A stretch of DNA of 18,576 bases from Thainema sp. (GTDB taxonomy: Bacteria > Cyanobacteriota > Cyanobacteriia > Phormidesmidales > Phormidesmidaceae), in assembly GCA_052168235.1 (NCBI GenBank), contig JBQLZK010000097.1, positions 1-18,576 on the forward strand, read 5' to 3'. Positions within the stretch are counted from its first letter, which is position 1, and the number at the start of each line of letters is the position of its first letter. The notes under the pieces are model-generated. The model did no database searches. It worked only from the letters and a program-made list of their open reading frames with translations, and had not been told where the DNA came from. Both the position numbers and the translations under genes were made by a program. Of this stretch, positions 1 through 7,070 are shown piece by piece.

Positions 1-96
1 CGTTTCAGGCTCTTTTTTCTATCCCTCTTTTACCTTTCGTGAATTATTCAGGTTAAACTCGGGTTCTTCAAACTTCCGGCAACTCGAACTCAGACC

Positions 97-483
97 GTGA
101 TTCGGGAACTCATAGTAGATCTCTGTCAAATTCACGAATCGCTGGAGCTGCATTTACCCGCACCTCCAGCCGCGATTAACTATCAAATTCGCCAGCTCAA
201 GCGAATTCAAAAACGCGTACAGCAATTCAAGCAGCAGATTGAATCAGCGATAGGGCAAAAGAGCCTCGTCACATTACATTACCAGTATCGAACCATCTGC
301 CAACTTACCAAACAGGTCGAACGACAGGTTCTTTGTTTGATCTTAATTGCTGAGGAATACCCATCCGATCCTATAGGTTCAATCTCGTGCTTGCGGCAAG
401 CTGATATTGAACATGCTCATTTAGCTTTTACTCTTGAGCAGCTTCAGAGCCAAAACCTTACAGCCAAGCAAAAAGCGGCATAG
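97..483 (+). CDS. Hypothetical protein, probably all-helical (128 aa, GTG start)
   Basis: Non-overlapping ORF with Q/L/I-rich amphipathic helical pattern, convergent with 574-1119. No recognised motif. Confidence 0.5.
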   Translation: MIRELIVDLCQIHESLELHLPAPPAAINYQIRQLKRIQKRVQQFKQQIESAIGQKSLVTLHYQYRTICQLTKQVERQVLCLILIAEEYPSDPIGSISCLRQADIEHAHLAFTLEQLQSQNLTAKQKAA

Positions 484-573
484 CGAAAGGGTAAAGAATC
501 TACTCAGGATGGAGGATTGGCGGCCTAGTTTTTAGAGGCTCTTCAACTTTTGCTCTGTATTTAGAACCTGAGC

Positions 574-1119
574 TTAAAGAGTGACAGTGGGAACCGCCGC
601 TCCTGACCCCATCTGTAAAATGTCATTGGCCATCGTTTGAGCAGCGACATTTGCGATCGCTTGCCAGTCCTCGGAAGTAAATATCTGAGTGAGTATAGAA
701 ATTACTTGCGCTCGAATGACCTTTTGCTCACTGGGTAATGCATGTTTTTCCTCTGCTAACAGTGCCTCAATCCAAACCGTTTGTTCGGGTGTGAGATGGC
801 TCAGGTGGCCGTATAAGCGTCTTTGCGCTTCCATATATACAGCCTCGAAACTCCGTCCTAGCTGCCACGACTCTAACCACTTCTTCAGCTCGGGTAGCAA
901 GATAGATAACACTTGTACATACCACCGCTGTAACCGCAACGCGTCCGGCGAGGCACATTTAAGCATCTCGACATAAGGCTTTAACCCTAGCCCCGCCTCA
1001 ACAATTCCTTCATCGCTGGCATTCTCGGCATCTGCTTGCCGAACCCAAGCCTCATCATTGAGCAAGTCCATCAGGTTGCCCGTTTTTCTTAGTTGCTCGG
1101 CTAGGATTTCATCATTCAT
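574..1119 (-). CDS. Hypothetical protein (181 aa), second gene of operon with GNAT acetyltransferase
   Basis: Protein-like helical composition. ATG is 14 bp after the GNAT stop on the same strand. Confidence 0.75.
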   Translation of the reverse strand: MNDEILAEQLRKTGNLMDLLNDEAWVRQADAENASDEGIVEAGLGLKPYVEMLKCASPDALRLQRWYVQVLSILLPELKKWLESWQLGRSFEAVYMEAQRRLYGHLSHLTPEQTVWIEALLAEEKHALPSEQKVIRAQVISILTQIFTSEDWQAIANVAAQTMANDILQMGSGAAVPTVTL

Positions 1120-1133
1120 AGGCGACTCGACGA

Positions 1134-1676
1134 TTAGAGTGTTAATGCAGCATATTCGAAGTATACCAACCCATCTTTATCCGGATCAGAGCCATAGTCC
1201 GGCATATCGTAACGTCGATAGAAGGCTTCCGCACCTGGCAGCGAATGTAGACCGACGCGACCACCATACCCCAACTCCACACTGCGCTGACGAGCAAAGA
1301 GCAAGAGTGCCCGTCCAACCCCGACCAGATATGGAGGATCTTCGAGCACTCGACGATTCCAAGGGGCCGAAGCTAGGTATGCGACATAGACAAGGGGAAA
1401 CCTTTGAGGCAACCAAGAACGGTGCCGCTGTGTTTCGAGTAAGATGACGCCTTGAAGTAGCGCTTCTAACTCGATGCCGTAAGCCTCATAGCCACTGTCA
1501 TTCATTGACAACCGTAACTTATAGACCCAGTCCCAATCTGCATCAGGTTCCTGTGTCTCATGTAAGATACCTTCCCAGAGATCATCAATTTGCCTGACCT
1601 GTTCCTGAGTTAACAAGCCGATTGTCGCCGTGACAATGTCGTTTGGAGGTTTCTTTAATTGAATAGGAAGGTTCAT
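1134..1676 (-). CDS. GNAT-family N-acetyltransferase (~180 aa)
   Basis: Beta strand LVYVAYLASAPWN, acetyl-CoA-binding motif A-like VGVGRALL, and GRVGLHSLPGAEAFY motif B-like segment. ORF track starts at 1682; the ATG at 1676 is preferred because 1682 directly abuts the predicted -10. Confidence 0.85.
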   Translation of the reverse strand: MNLPIQLKKPPNDIVTATIGLLTQEQVRQIDDLWEGILHETQEPDADWDWVYKLRLSMNDSGYEAYGIELEALLQGVILLETQRHRSWLPQRFPLVYVAYLASAPWNRRVLEDPPYLVGVGRALLLFARQRSVELGYGGRVGLHSLPGAEAFYRRYDMPDYGSDPDKDGLVYFEYAALTL

Positions 1677-1682
1677 GGGCAT

Positions 1683-1710
1683 AGCATAATGATGCCCTAA
1701 AACGTATCAA
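1683..1710 (-). promoter_or_regulatory. Sigma70-type promoter of the GNAT operon (TTGATA-16 bp-TATGCT), probably leaderless
   Basis: -35 at 1710-1705 and -10 at 1688-1683. The ATG at 1676 is 7 nt past the -10. No Shine-Dalgarno. Confidence 0.5.
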
Positions 1711-1786
1711 TAATTGTTTCCAACTCCGTCAACGGCGAAGCGAGATAATCACATCCGTCTAATATGCATCAATCTCAATCAAGCTG

Positions 1787-1808
1787 AAAACTGGTATAAA
1801 ACTGGTAT
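1787..1808 (+). repeat. Tandem direct repeat AAAACTGGTAT x2, candidate tyrosine-integrase arm-type sites
   Basis: Perfect 11-bp tandem at 1787-1797 and 1798-1808, ~46 bp from the tRNA fragment. Function is inferred. Confidence 0.55.
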
Positions 1809-1854
1809 AAGCTTCAAATCTATTCTCGAAAAGTCTTATATACTGGGAAAAGAG

Positions 1855-1902
1855 GTCAGCTTCCCAAGCTGAATGTCGTGGGTTCGAGTCCCATCATCCG
1901 CT
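1855..1902 (+). tRNA. 3' fragment of tRNA-Gly(CCC), non-functional; att-site-like duplication
   Basis: Anticodon stem TCAGC/GCTGA around loop TTCCCAA (CCC at 1863-1865). Then variable loop ATGTC, T arm GTGGG-TTCGAGT-CCCAT, acceptor 3' strand CATCCGC and discriminator T. Upstream DNA lacks the complementary GCGGATG and any D arm. Confidence 0.88.
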
Positions 1903-2090
1903 TTATTAAGACTGCATATTCTCAATTTAAAGTAGACTTGTTGAGAAATAGCTGGTTTGAGAGCGAAGTTCTCTGCTTTTATTCCCCGACAAATTTAATT
2001 TCTGATCAAAGAAGAAAAACGAAATTAACTGAAAAACCTACATATTAACTCATATCGCTGCCTCATACCCATACAAAATGAGGTTAAGCT

Positions 2091-3288
2091 AGGGCAAACG
2101 CATACTCAAGGTGGGAGGATCAAAGGGTATCGCAGAGGAAGCCCAGGATGTGCCAATATATTGAGTCGTCAGCCCTACTGCTAGAGCATTTCAAGACTCT
2201 AGATGACCCTCGAGCCGAACATTTACTGGAGCATCAGTTGCTCGACATCATTGGCCTAACGATTTGTGCCGTCATCTGCGGAGCGTATAGTTGGGTCGAC
2301 ATCGAGACCTACGGCAAAGCCAAGCAAGCGTGGTTGAGCGAATTTCTGGAATTGCCCAACGGTATTCCCTCACACGACACCATCGCTCGGGTCTTTGCCG
2401 CTTTAAGCCCGACGGCTTTACAAGAGTGCTTCCTCAGTTGGGTCAAGGCGATAGCCCATCTCAGTGAGGGAGAGATTATCGCCATTGATGGCAAAACCCT
2501 ACGCCAGTCCTATGACACCGGGAGAAACAAAGGGGCCATCCACATGGTCAGTGCCTGGGCAAGCCAGAACCGATTGGTGCTTGGGCAAGTGAAGGTAGAC
2601 GAAAAATCGAATGAAATCACCGCGATTCCTCAACTCCTAGCCGTATTGGATCTAGAGGGGTGCATTGTCACCATTGATGCGATGGGAGCCCAGAAGGCCA
2701 TTGCCCAGCAGACTATCGAAGGTGGGGAGTCTCAAGGGCAATCAGGGCAATCTGCACCAGGATGTGCAGCAACTGTTTGAGTGGGTGCGTCAGATGGAGT
2801 TCAAGGATATTGCCCACGAGTTTCATCAGACCATAGATGGTGGACATGGGCGCATTGAGATCCGCCGACACTGGCTGCTTGGGGAGGTGGAACACCTGAT
2901 AGATGCCCAACTATGGAGCGGACTCAAGCGGGTCGGCTTGGTGGAAGCTGAGCGACGGGTGCCAGGGCAAGTCCCCACCCTCGAGCAGCGTTACTATCTA
3001 GTCAGCCTCGATGGCAATGTTGAACGCTTTGCCCAGTCGGTGCGGAGATACTGGGGGATCGAAAACCAACTTCACTGGGTGCTGGATGTTGCCTTCAATG
3101 AAGATGACTCTCGCATTCGCAAAGACCATGCTCCTGAAAATATGGCCTTGATCCGCCACATTGCCCTCAACCTGTTGCGCCAAGATACGGTGGCTAAAGT
3201 TGGCATTAAGGGCAAACGTCTCAAAGCGGGATGGGACAATGATTACCTAGCACATATTCTCTCGGCTGCTTGAGTATGCGTTTGCCCT
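2091..3288 (+). mobile_element. ISAs1-family insertion sequence (~1.2 kb, defective)
   Basis: Perfect 20-bp terminal inverted repeats AGGGCAAACGCATACTCAAG (2091-2110) / CTTGAGTATGCGTTTGCCCT (3269-3288) flank an ISAs1-type transposase. No target-site duplication seen. Confidence 0.92.
2148..3273 (+). pseudogene. ISAs1-family DDE transposase, frameshifted near 2727
   Basis: Motifs DPR, GIPSHDT, IAIDGK, KSNEITAIP, TIDAMG in the first frame; SLKGNQ, HGRIE, WGIENQLHWVLDV, ED in the second. The usual GDYVL before SLKGNQ is missing, consistent with a small frameshifting deletion. Confidence 0.9.
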
Positions 3289-3289
3289 T

Positions 3290-3335
3290 GTGCGGAGTGC
3301 TGAGGACTCATTGCTCATTGCTCAGCACTCCGCAC
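3290..3335 (-). terminator. 15-bp perfect inverted repeat downstream of isiB, with heptamer (STRR-like) units
   Basis: GTGCGGAGTGCTGAG (3290-3304) / CTCAGCACTCCGCAC (3321-3335), 33 bp past the isiB stop. Contains CTCATTG-CTCATTG-CTCAGCA-CTCCGCA. Confidence 0.55.
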
Positions 3336-3368
3336 TGACTTCTGTAGCGCTAATACCTAGAACTGGTA

Positions 3369-3881
3369 TTACAGGCCAAACTCTGACTTGAGTTGTTTTA
3401 CCCAGGCTTGAATCCGACTATCGGTTAGATCAGATTGATTATCTTCATCAATAGCTAATCCAACAAACTTACCGTTGCGTACTGCTTTCGAGGCTTCAAA
3501 ATCGTAGCCATCGGTGGAACATTGACCTACAGTTTGCCCACCTAGAGAAGAAATTTTTTCTTCTAAAATGCCCATTGCATCTTGAAAGTTATCGGCATAG
3601 CCAATTTGATCACCTGCACCAAAATAAGCAACTTTTTTGCGATTGAAATCAATATTATCTAGTTCGTCGTAGAAGCCTTCTCAGTCTGACTGTAGCTCAC
3701 CAATATTCCAGGTTGGACAGCCTACAATAATACAGTCATAGGATGCGAAATCGTCCGGTTCAGCTCCAGCGATATCGTAGATGGTGACGACGCTATCGCC
3801 ACCAAATTGGGCCTGGATCGCTTCAGCAATTGTTTCAGTATTACCAGTTTGGGTGCCGTAAAACAAGGCAATTTTGCTCAT
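3369..3881 (-). pseudogene. isiB: Long-chain flavodoxin IsiB with in-frame TGA at codon 67 (3681-3683)
   Basis: MSKIALFYGTQTGNT (FMN phosphate loop), GCPTWNIGELQSD*EGFYDELD, VAYFGAGDQIGYADNFQDAMG, KFVGLAIDEDNQSDLTDSRI. One 170-codon frame interrupted where Trp is expected. Lies downstream of isiA. Confidence 0.92.
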
Positions 3882-3921
3882 GGTTATTCCGTAGTGAATC
3901 AATCAAGTGAATTAATCAATG

Positions 3922-3964
3922 AAAAGAGAAAAGGGGCATGAGAACTGAGAGATTTCCGTGCCCC
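3922..3964 (-). terminator. Intrinsic terminator-like hairpin between isiA and isiB
   Basis: Minus strand reads GGGGCACGGAA...TTCTCATGCCCC followed by TTTTCTCTTTT. Confidence 0.6.
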
Positions 3965-4113
3965 CTGTCTAAGAGGAGAATCATCCATGCTTTTGAGTCA
4001 GGAGTTCTAACTCAGAAGCGGAATCATCTACCAGCGACAACTAAATATTTGTTTGCAGATTTTCTGTACATCAAGCTGTAGACAAATCTGTTTGTGGTCT
4101 GGAGTCTGTCTGG

Positions 4114-5142
4114 TTAAGATTCGACAGCACTCAATGCTTTTTCAACCCGACGGAAATCAAAGCCCATTGCCCGCAGCGCGTGCCACAGATGTCCTTGTAG
4201 GAAGAAGAAGGCCAAGAAGAAATGAGCATTGGCTAACCAGCAGCGAGACGTATGAGCATTCAGCGGCAGATTGACCGTGTCTGCAAAGTAGGGAGTGATG
4301 CCCAGTTTCACTGCTAGCGGTGGGCCATAAAACTCAACCGGGTAAGCCAGCGTATTCACTGCACAGAAGTAAGCGGCTACAAAACCAGCTAGAGCAATGC
4401 CGCCCAGGGAATAGGACAAAATTGCTTCACCGGAGAAGATCAGTACTTTCTTGGCCCACGCCAGCGGTGGCACCAGAATATGCCAGATTCCACCCGCAAT
4501 CAGCAGCAATCCAACATAGATGTGACCACCCACCAAATCTTCTAAGCTGCTAATGCTGGCGAAGTGAGTTTGATAGCCGTAGATGACCAAGGGATCAAGC
4601 GTTGGCTGGCTGATCAGGCGGACGGTTTGAGTAGTTGCGTCATACAATCCGCCCCAGTACATGGCTTTACCAACCAGTAGGAGCGCTCCGGCCCCCAAGA
4701 ACAGCAGATGATGCCCCAGAATCAAGCCCAGCTTAGCCGGATCATCCCAGTCAAAGTCGAACTTCCGGGCCTGACCTTTCGCTTCACTCAAGTCAGCGGG
4801 TGCCCGAAAGGTGTGGAATAATGCGCCAGCTCCTAGCACCGCAGAAGAAATCAGATGCACTGAGCCAATGACGAAGTAGGGATAGGTATCAATAATTTGG
4901 CCACTGTCACCGACACCAAAACCGAGGGTAGCCAGGTGTGGCAGCAGAATCAAGCCCTGCTCGCCCATTGGCAGCGACGGTTCGAACCAAGACAGTTCGA
5001 ACAGGGTAAAGGCTCCAGCCCAAAAGGTAATCAGAGCCGCCTGGGCGACATGAGCCGCAATAAACAGTCCAGACTTGTCCGTAAAGCGAGCATTGCCCGC
5101 CCACCAGTCGTAGGTTACGTCTGGCTTGCTATACGTTTGCAT
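4114..5142 (-). CDS. isiA: Iron-stress-induced chlorophyll-binding protein IsiA (CP43')
   Basis: [70 protein letters not shown]. 342 aa, lacking the large PsbC loop E. Upstream of flavodoxin. Confidence 0.96.
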   Translation of the reverse strand: MQTYSKPDVTYDWWAGNARFTDKSGLFIAAHVAQAALITFWAGAFTLFELSWFEPSLPMGEQGLILLPHLATLGFGVGDSGQIIDTYPYFVIGSVHLISSAVLGAGALFHTFRAPADLSEAKGQARKFDFDWDDPAKLGLILGHHLLFLGAGALLLVGKAMYWGGLYDATTQTVRLISQPTLDPLVIYGYQTHFASISSLEDLVGGHIYVGLLLIAGGIWHILVPPLAWAKKVLIFSGEAILSYSLGGIALAGFVAAYFCAVNTLAYPVEFYGPPLAVKLGITPYFADTVNLPLNAHTSRCWLANAHFFLAFFFLQGHLWHALRAMGFDFRRVEKALSAVES

Positions 5143-5195
5143 CGCAATAATTCCTTAACTAAACGCTTTTATGGAACAAGTTCAGATGAGAAGTT

Positions 5196-5249
5196 ACTGA
5201 ATATCCTTCTCAATAATTAATCCCATCACAGATCAGAATTATTCGCAAT
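5196..5249 (-). promoter_or_regulatory. Two Fur-box-like sites upstream of isiA
   Basis: ACTGAATATCCTTCTCAAT (5196-5214) and GATCAGAATTATTCGCAAT (5231-5249) resemble the 19-bp ATTGAGAATnATTCTCAAT-type palindrome seen before every iron gene here. Confidence 0.6.
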
Positions 5250-5256
5250 AAGTAAG

Positions 5257-5274
5257 CATATAAACTTTCGTAAC
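5257..5274 (-). promoter_or_regulatory. Possible HLR1-like (RpaB) direct repeat in the isiA promoter
   Basis: Minus strand GTTACGAA-AG-TTTATATG versus consensus (G/T)TTACA(T/A)(T/A)-N2-repeat; 3 mismatches. Confidence 0.35.
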
Positions 5275-5507
5275 GAAGTGAGTTCTGCTTCTATGCAATT
5301 GGCTGTTCGCAATCAGCAGGTATCCAGTTCAGTCGCAGCTCGATTGTCATGATGCTATAACGCTTGTCCAGTAAGAACTATGCTTAAATGGAGCCTGTTG
5401 CGTGAGACATACAGAGCAGCCGATTAAGCTCCCTTTTAACGTAAAGAATCAATAATTCTGCTGTGTTTGTAACCGGGATTGATAAGTTCAGTAGTGGTTT
5501 GGTTGCC

Positions 5508-5538
5508 CAATTTATTGAGATTAAATATCAATAAATTG
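5508..5538. promoter_or_regulatory. Strong Fur-box-like palindrome in the middle of the isiA/araC-1 divergent spacer
   Basis: CAATTTATTGA-N9-TCAATAAATTG perfect inverted repeat; core ATTGAGATTAAATATCAAT at 5514-5532. Confidence 0.65.
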
Positions 5539-5747
5539 CGATGGGTTTCGGTTCGAATAAGTGTATTGTCTTTCCTAAAGGCGGTTGAGGTTGATTGCGA
5601 TCGCAATCAATCTCACGCAGCTACCGTTTGATACAGTCACCGGATCAAGGTGTCGGTATTCTACAGAACGACTAACCGCTCCAGCCCAAAAGGAGCCGTG
5701 GCGCTAGATAACACAAACCCAGCATTTACAATCTTGGGGCAGTCCTC

Positions 5748-5772
5748 TATTCTGATGAGAATTACTTTCATC
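5748..5772 (+). promoter_or_regulatory. -10 element and Fur-box-like site of araC-1
   Basis: TATTCT (5748-5753) followed by GATGAGAATTACTTTCATC (5754-5772). Nearly the same site precedes araC-2. Confidence 0.65.
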
Positions 5773-5798
5773 TAGACTGAATCAGTCCACGAAGCAAG

Positions 5799-6812
5799 AT
5801 GGCGATCGCACAGGCAGACTTCATAGAACTTTGGCAAATCGCTCAGCAAAAGGGCGAGATTGTTCGCCGGGAGACAGGCTTTGAGATTGAAGATGGCCTG
5901 CCGCCAACGCTGGGCGAAGGTAGCGAACGCCTCATCAAGCTGCGGGGTGGGCTAACTATTCAAATCCGTAACGCCAAGCTGCGGCAAACTTTGAGACTAG
6001 AGCAACAGCACGACCTTGGATTTCCCCTGACGGCCAAGTTTTACCTATCCGGTTCTTCTAGAGTGCAAACTCTAGAATCAGTAGATATTCAAGCAGACCC
6101 AGATTATACAGAAACCGCAGGCTGCAACTATCTCTACTACCTGCCTAACTTGACTGAGGTGGAAGAGTGGCCATCTGACGAGCTGCTTCACGTAGTGATG
6201 ATCTATGCTCCGGCGGACTACTTTCGCTCGTTCAGTGTGAGTGGGGCATCCCTTGCCCCATCCCTACGGCGATTGCTGGATGGAGATGAAGCACAGCGAT
6301 TTCACCAGTCGCTTGGGCAAACCACACCAGCCATGAATCAGGTACTACAGCAAATCTTACAGGCTCCCTATCAGGGGATGATGCAGCACCTGTATCTAGA
6401 GAGCAAAGCGCTGGAACTGTTGGCGCTACAGTTCGTTCGTCTCGACGCTGAATCACCTGTTCCCCGATCTTTCACATTGAAACCGAATGACCTAGAACGA
6501 GTGCAGTATGCCAGAGAGATTTTGGTTCAGCGGGCCTGCAATCCCCCTTCACTAATAGAACTGGCGCGTCAGGCTGGGCTGAATGAATGTATCCTCAAGT
6601 AGGGATTTCGTCATCTGTTTGGCACGACAGTGTTTGGCTATTTGCGTGACTACCGAATGCAGCAGGCTCAACGTTTGCTGCGTTCTCCTCATGCGACGGT
6701 TGCCCAAGTAGCAGCTCAGGTGGGATACCGCAACCCTGAGGCGTTCAGTACGGCATTTCGACGGAAGTTTTCCGTTAGCCCAAAAGCCTACCAGTTAAGG
6801 CAGTGTGGCTAG
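5799..6812 (+). pseudogene. AraC/PchR-like transcriptional regulator 1 with in-frame TAG at codon 268 (6600-6602) inside the first HTH
   Basis: YLESKALELL...PPSLIELARQAGLNECILK*GFRHLFGTTVFGYLRDYRMQQAQRLL...VGYRNPEAFSTAFRRKF continues in frame. Read-through length is 1014 bp, the same as the intact paralog at 16629-17642. Confidence 0.92.
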
Positions 6813-6902
6813 TGCGATATCAAATAAGGGTTGATGGTTGATAAACCGTGCAAAGCGCGGCATATCAACCATCAACCCCACGACAACGTTGATAAACCAC
6901 TA
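6810..6902. repeat. Hairpin-cored miniature element (REP/MITE-like)
   Basis: Imperfect terminal IR TAGTGCGATATCAA / TTGATAAACCACTA (11/14). Inner perfect 16-bp IR at 6828-6843 / 6863-6878, capped by CCGTGC-AAA-GCGCGG. Confidence 0.55.
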
Positions 6903-6923
6903 AAAATCATCAAACGATGTAGG

Positions 6924-6965
6924 AAAAAATTCCGCATCACAAAGAAAATATTCCGGTTCACAAAG
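6924..6965 (+). promoter_or_regulatory. Two tandem 21-bp direct repeats, candidate AraC operator of receptor 1
   Basis: AAAAAATTCCGCATCACAAAG / AAAATATTCCGGTTCACAAAG (18/21 identical), abutting the -35. Confidence 0.65.
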
Positions 6966-6966
6966 G

Positions 6967-7025
6967 TGGCAATCGCCTCTACCTTTTATCATGCTCTCAC
7001 TCAACTAATAAGAATGATTAGCATT
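6967..7025 (+). promoter_or_regulatory. Receptor 1 promoter and Fur-box-like site
   Basis: TGGCAA (6967-6972)-17 bp-CATGCT (6990-6995); AATAAGAATGATTAGCATT (7007-7025). Same layout at 17726-17783. Confidence 0.6.
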
Positions 7026-7070
7026 AGTGCGGCTTAGTTGGGGTTGGCCAGTGATGTGAGTGAGTGAGAC

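Larger units (their letters stand above)
1..1902. mobile_element. Right-hand end of a putative integrative element/genomic island inserted at tRNA-Gly(CCC); extends beyond the left window edge
   Basis: Ends in a 3' tRNA-Gly fragment lacking its 5' half. A short tandem repeat lies ~46 bp inside the boundary, and the genes inside are accessory-type. No integrase is visible in the window, so this is an inference. Confidence 0.65.

Noticed and set aside
689..1447. Plus-strand ORFs 689-976 and 1058-1447
   Set aside because: Antisense to better-supported minus-strand genes, with atypical composition.
1830..1902. Complete functional tRNA-Gly
   Set aside because: No 5' acceptor strand or D arm; only the 3' portion is present.
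1917..1950. TTCTCAA…TTGAGAA dyad after the tRNA fragment as a Fur box or terminator
   Set aside because: Half-sites are in the wrong orientation and spacing for the Fur-like pattern; the stem is short and AT-rich with no U-tract.
2665..2780. Programmed frameshift in the transposase
   Set aside because: Conserved residues are missing at the junction and no slippery A-run heptamer is seen; a deletion explains it better.
4114..5142. psbC, or an IsrR-type antisense RNA within isiA
   Set aside because: Length and the missing large loop E indicate IsiA. An antisense RNA cannot be supported from sequence alone, and the antisense ORFs here look spurious.
3681..6602. Stop-codon recoding (selenocysteine, pyrrolysine or alternative code) for the stops in isiB and araC-1
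   Set aside because: The two stops differ (TGA, TAG) and replace expected Trp and probably Gln. Both codons terminate normal genes in this window, and other lesions indicate decay.
6630..6812. Separate 60-aa HTH gene
   Set aside because: It is the in-frame C-terminus of the interrupted araC-1.
6924..6965. CRISPR-like repeats (also 17683-17724)
   Set aside because: Only two abutting units with no spacers and no cas genes; the position fits an operator.
6831..7037. 68-aa basic ORF between araC-1 and the receptor
   Set aside because: TTG start inside a hairpin; it runs across the operator repeats and promoter, and its Lys/Arg richness reflects A-tracts.
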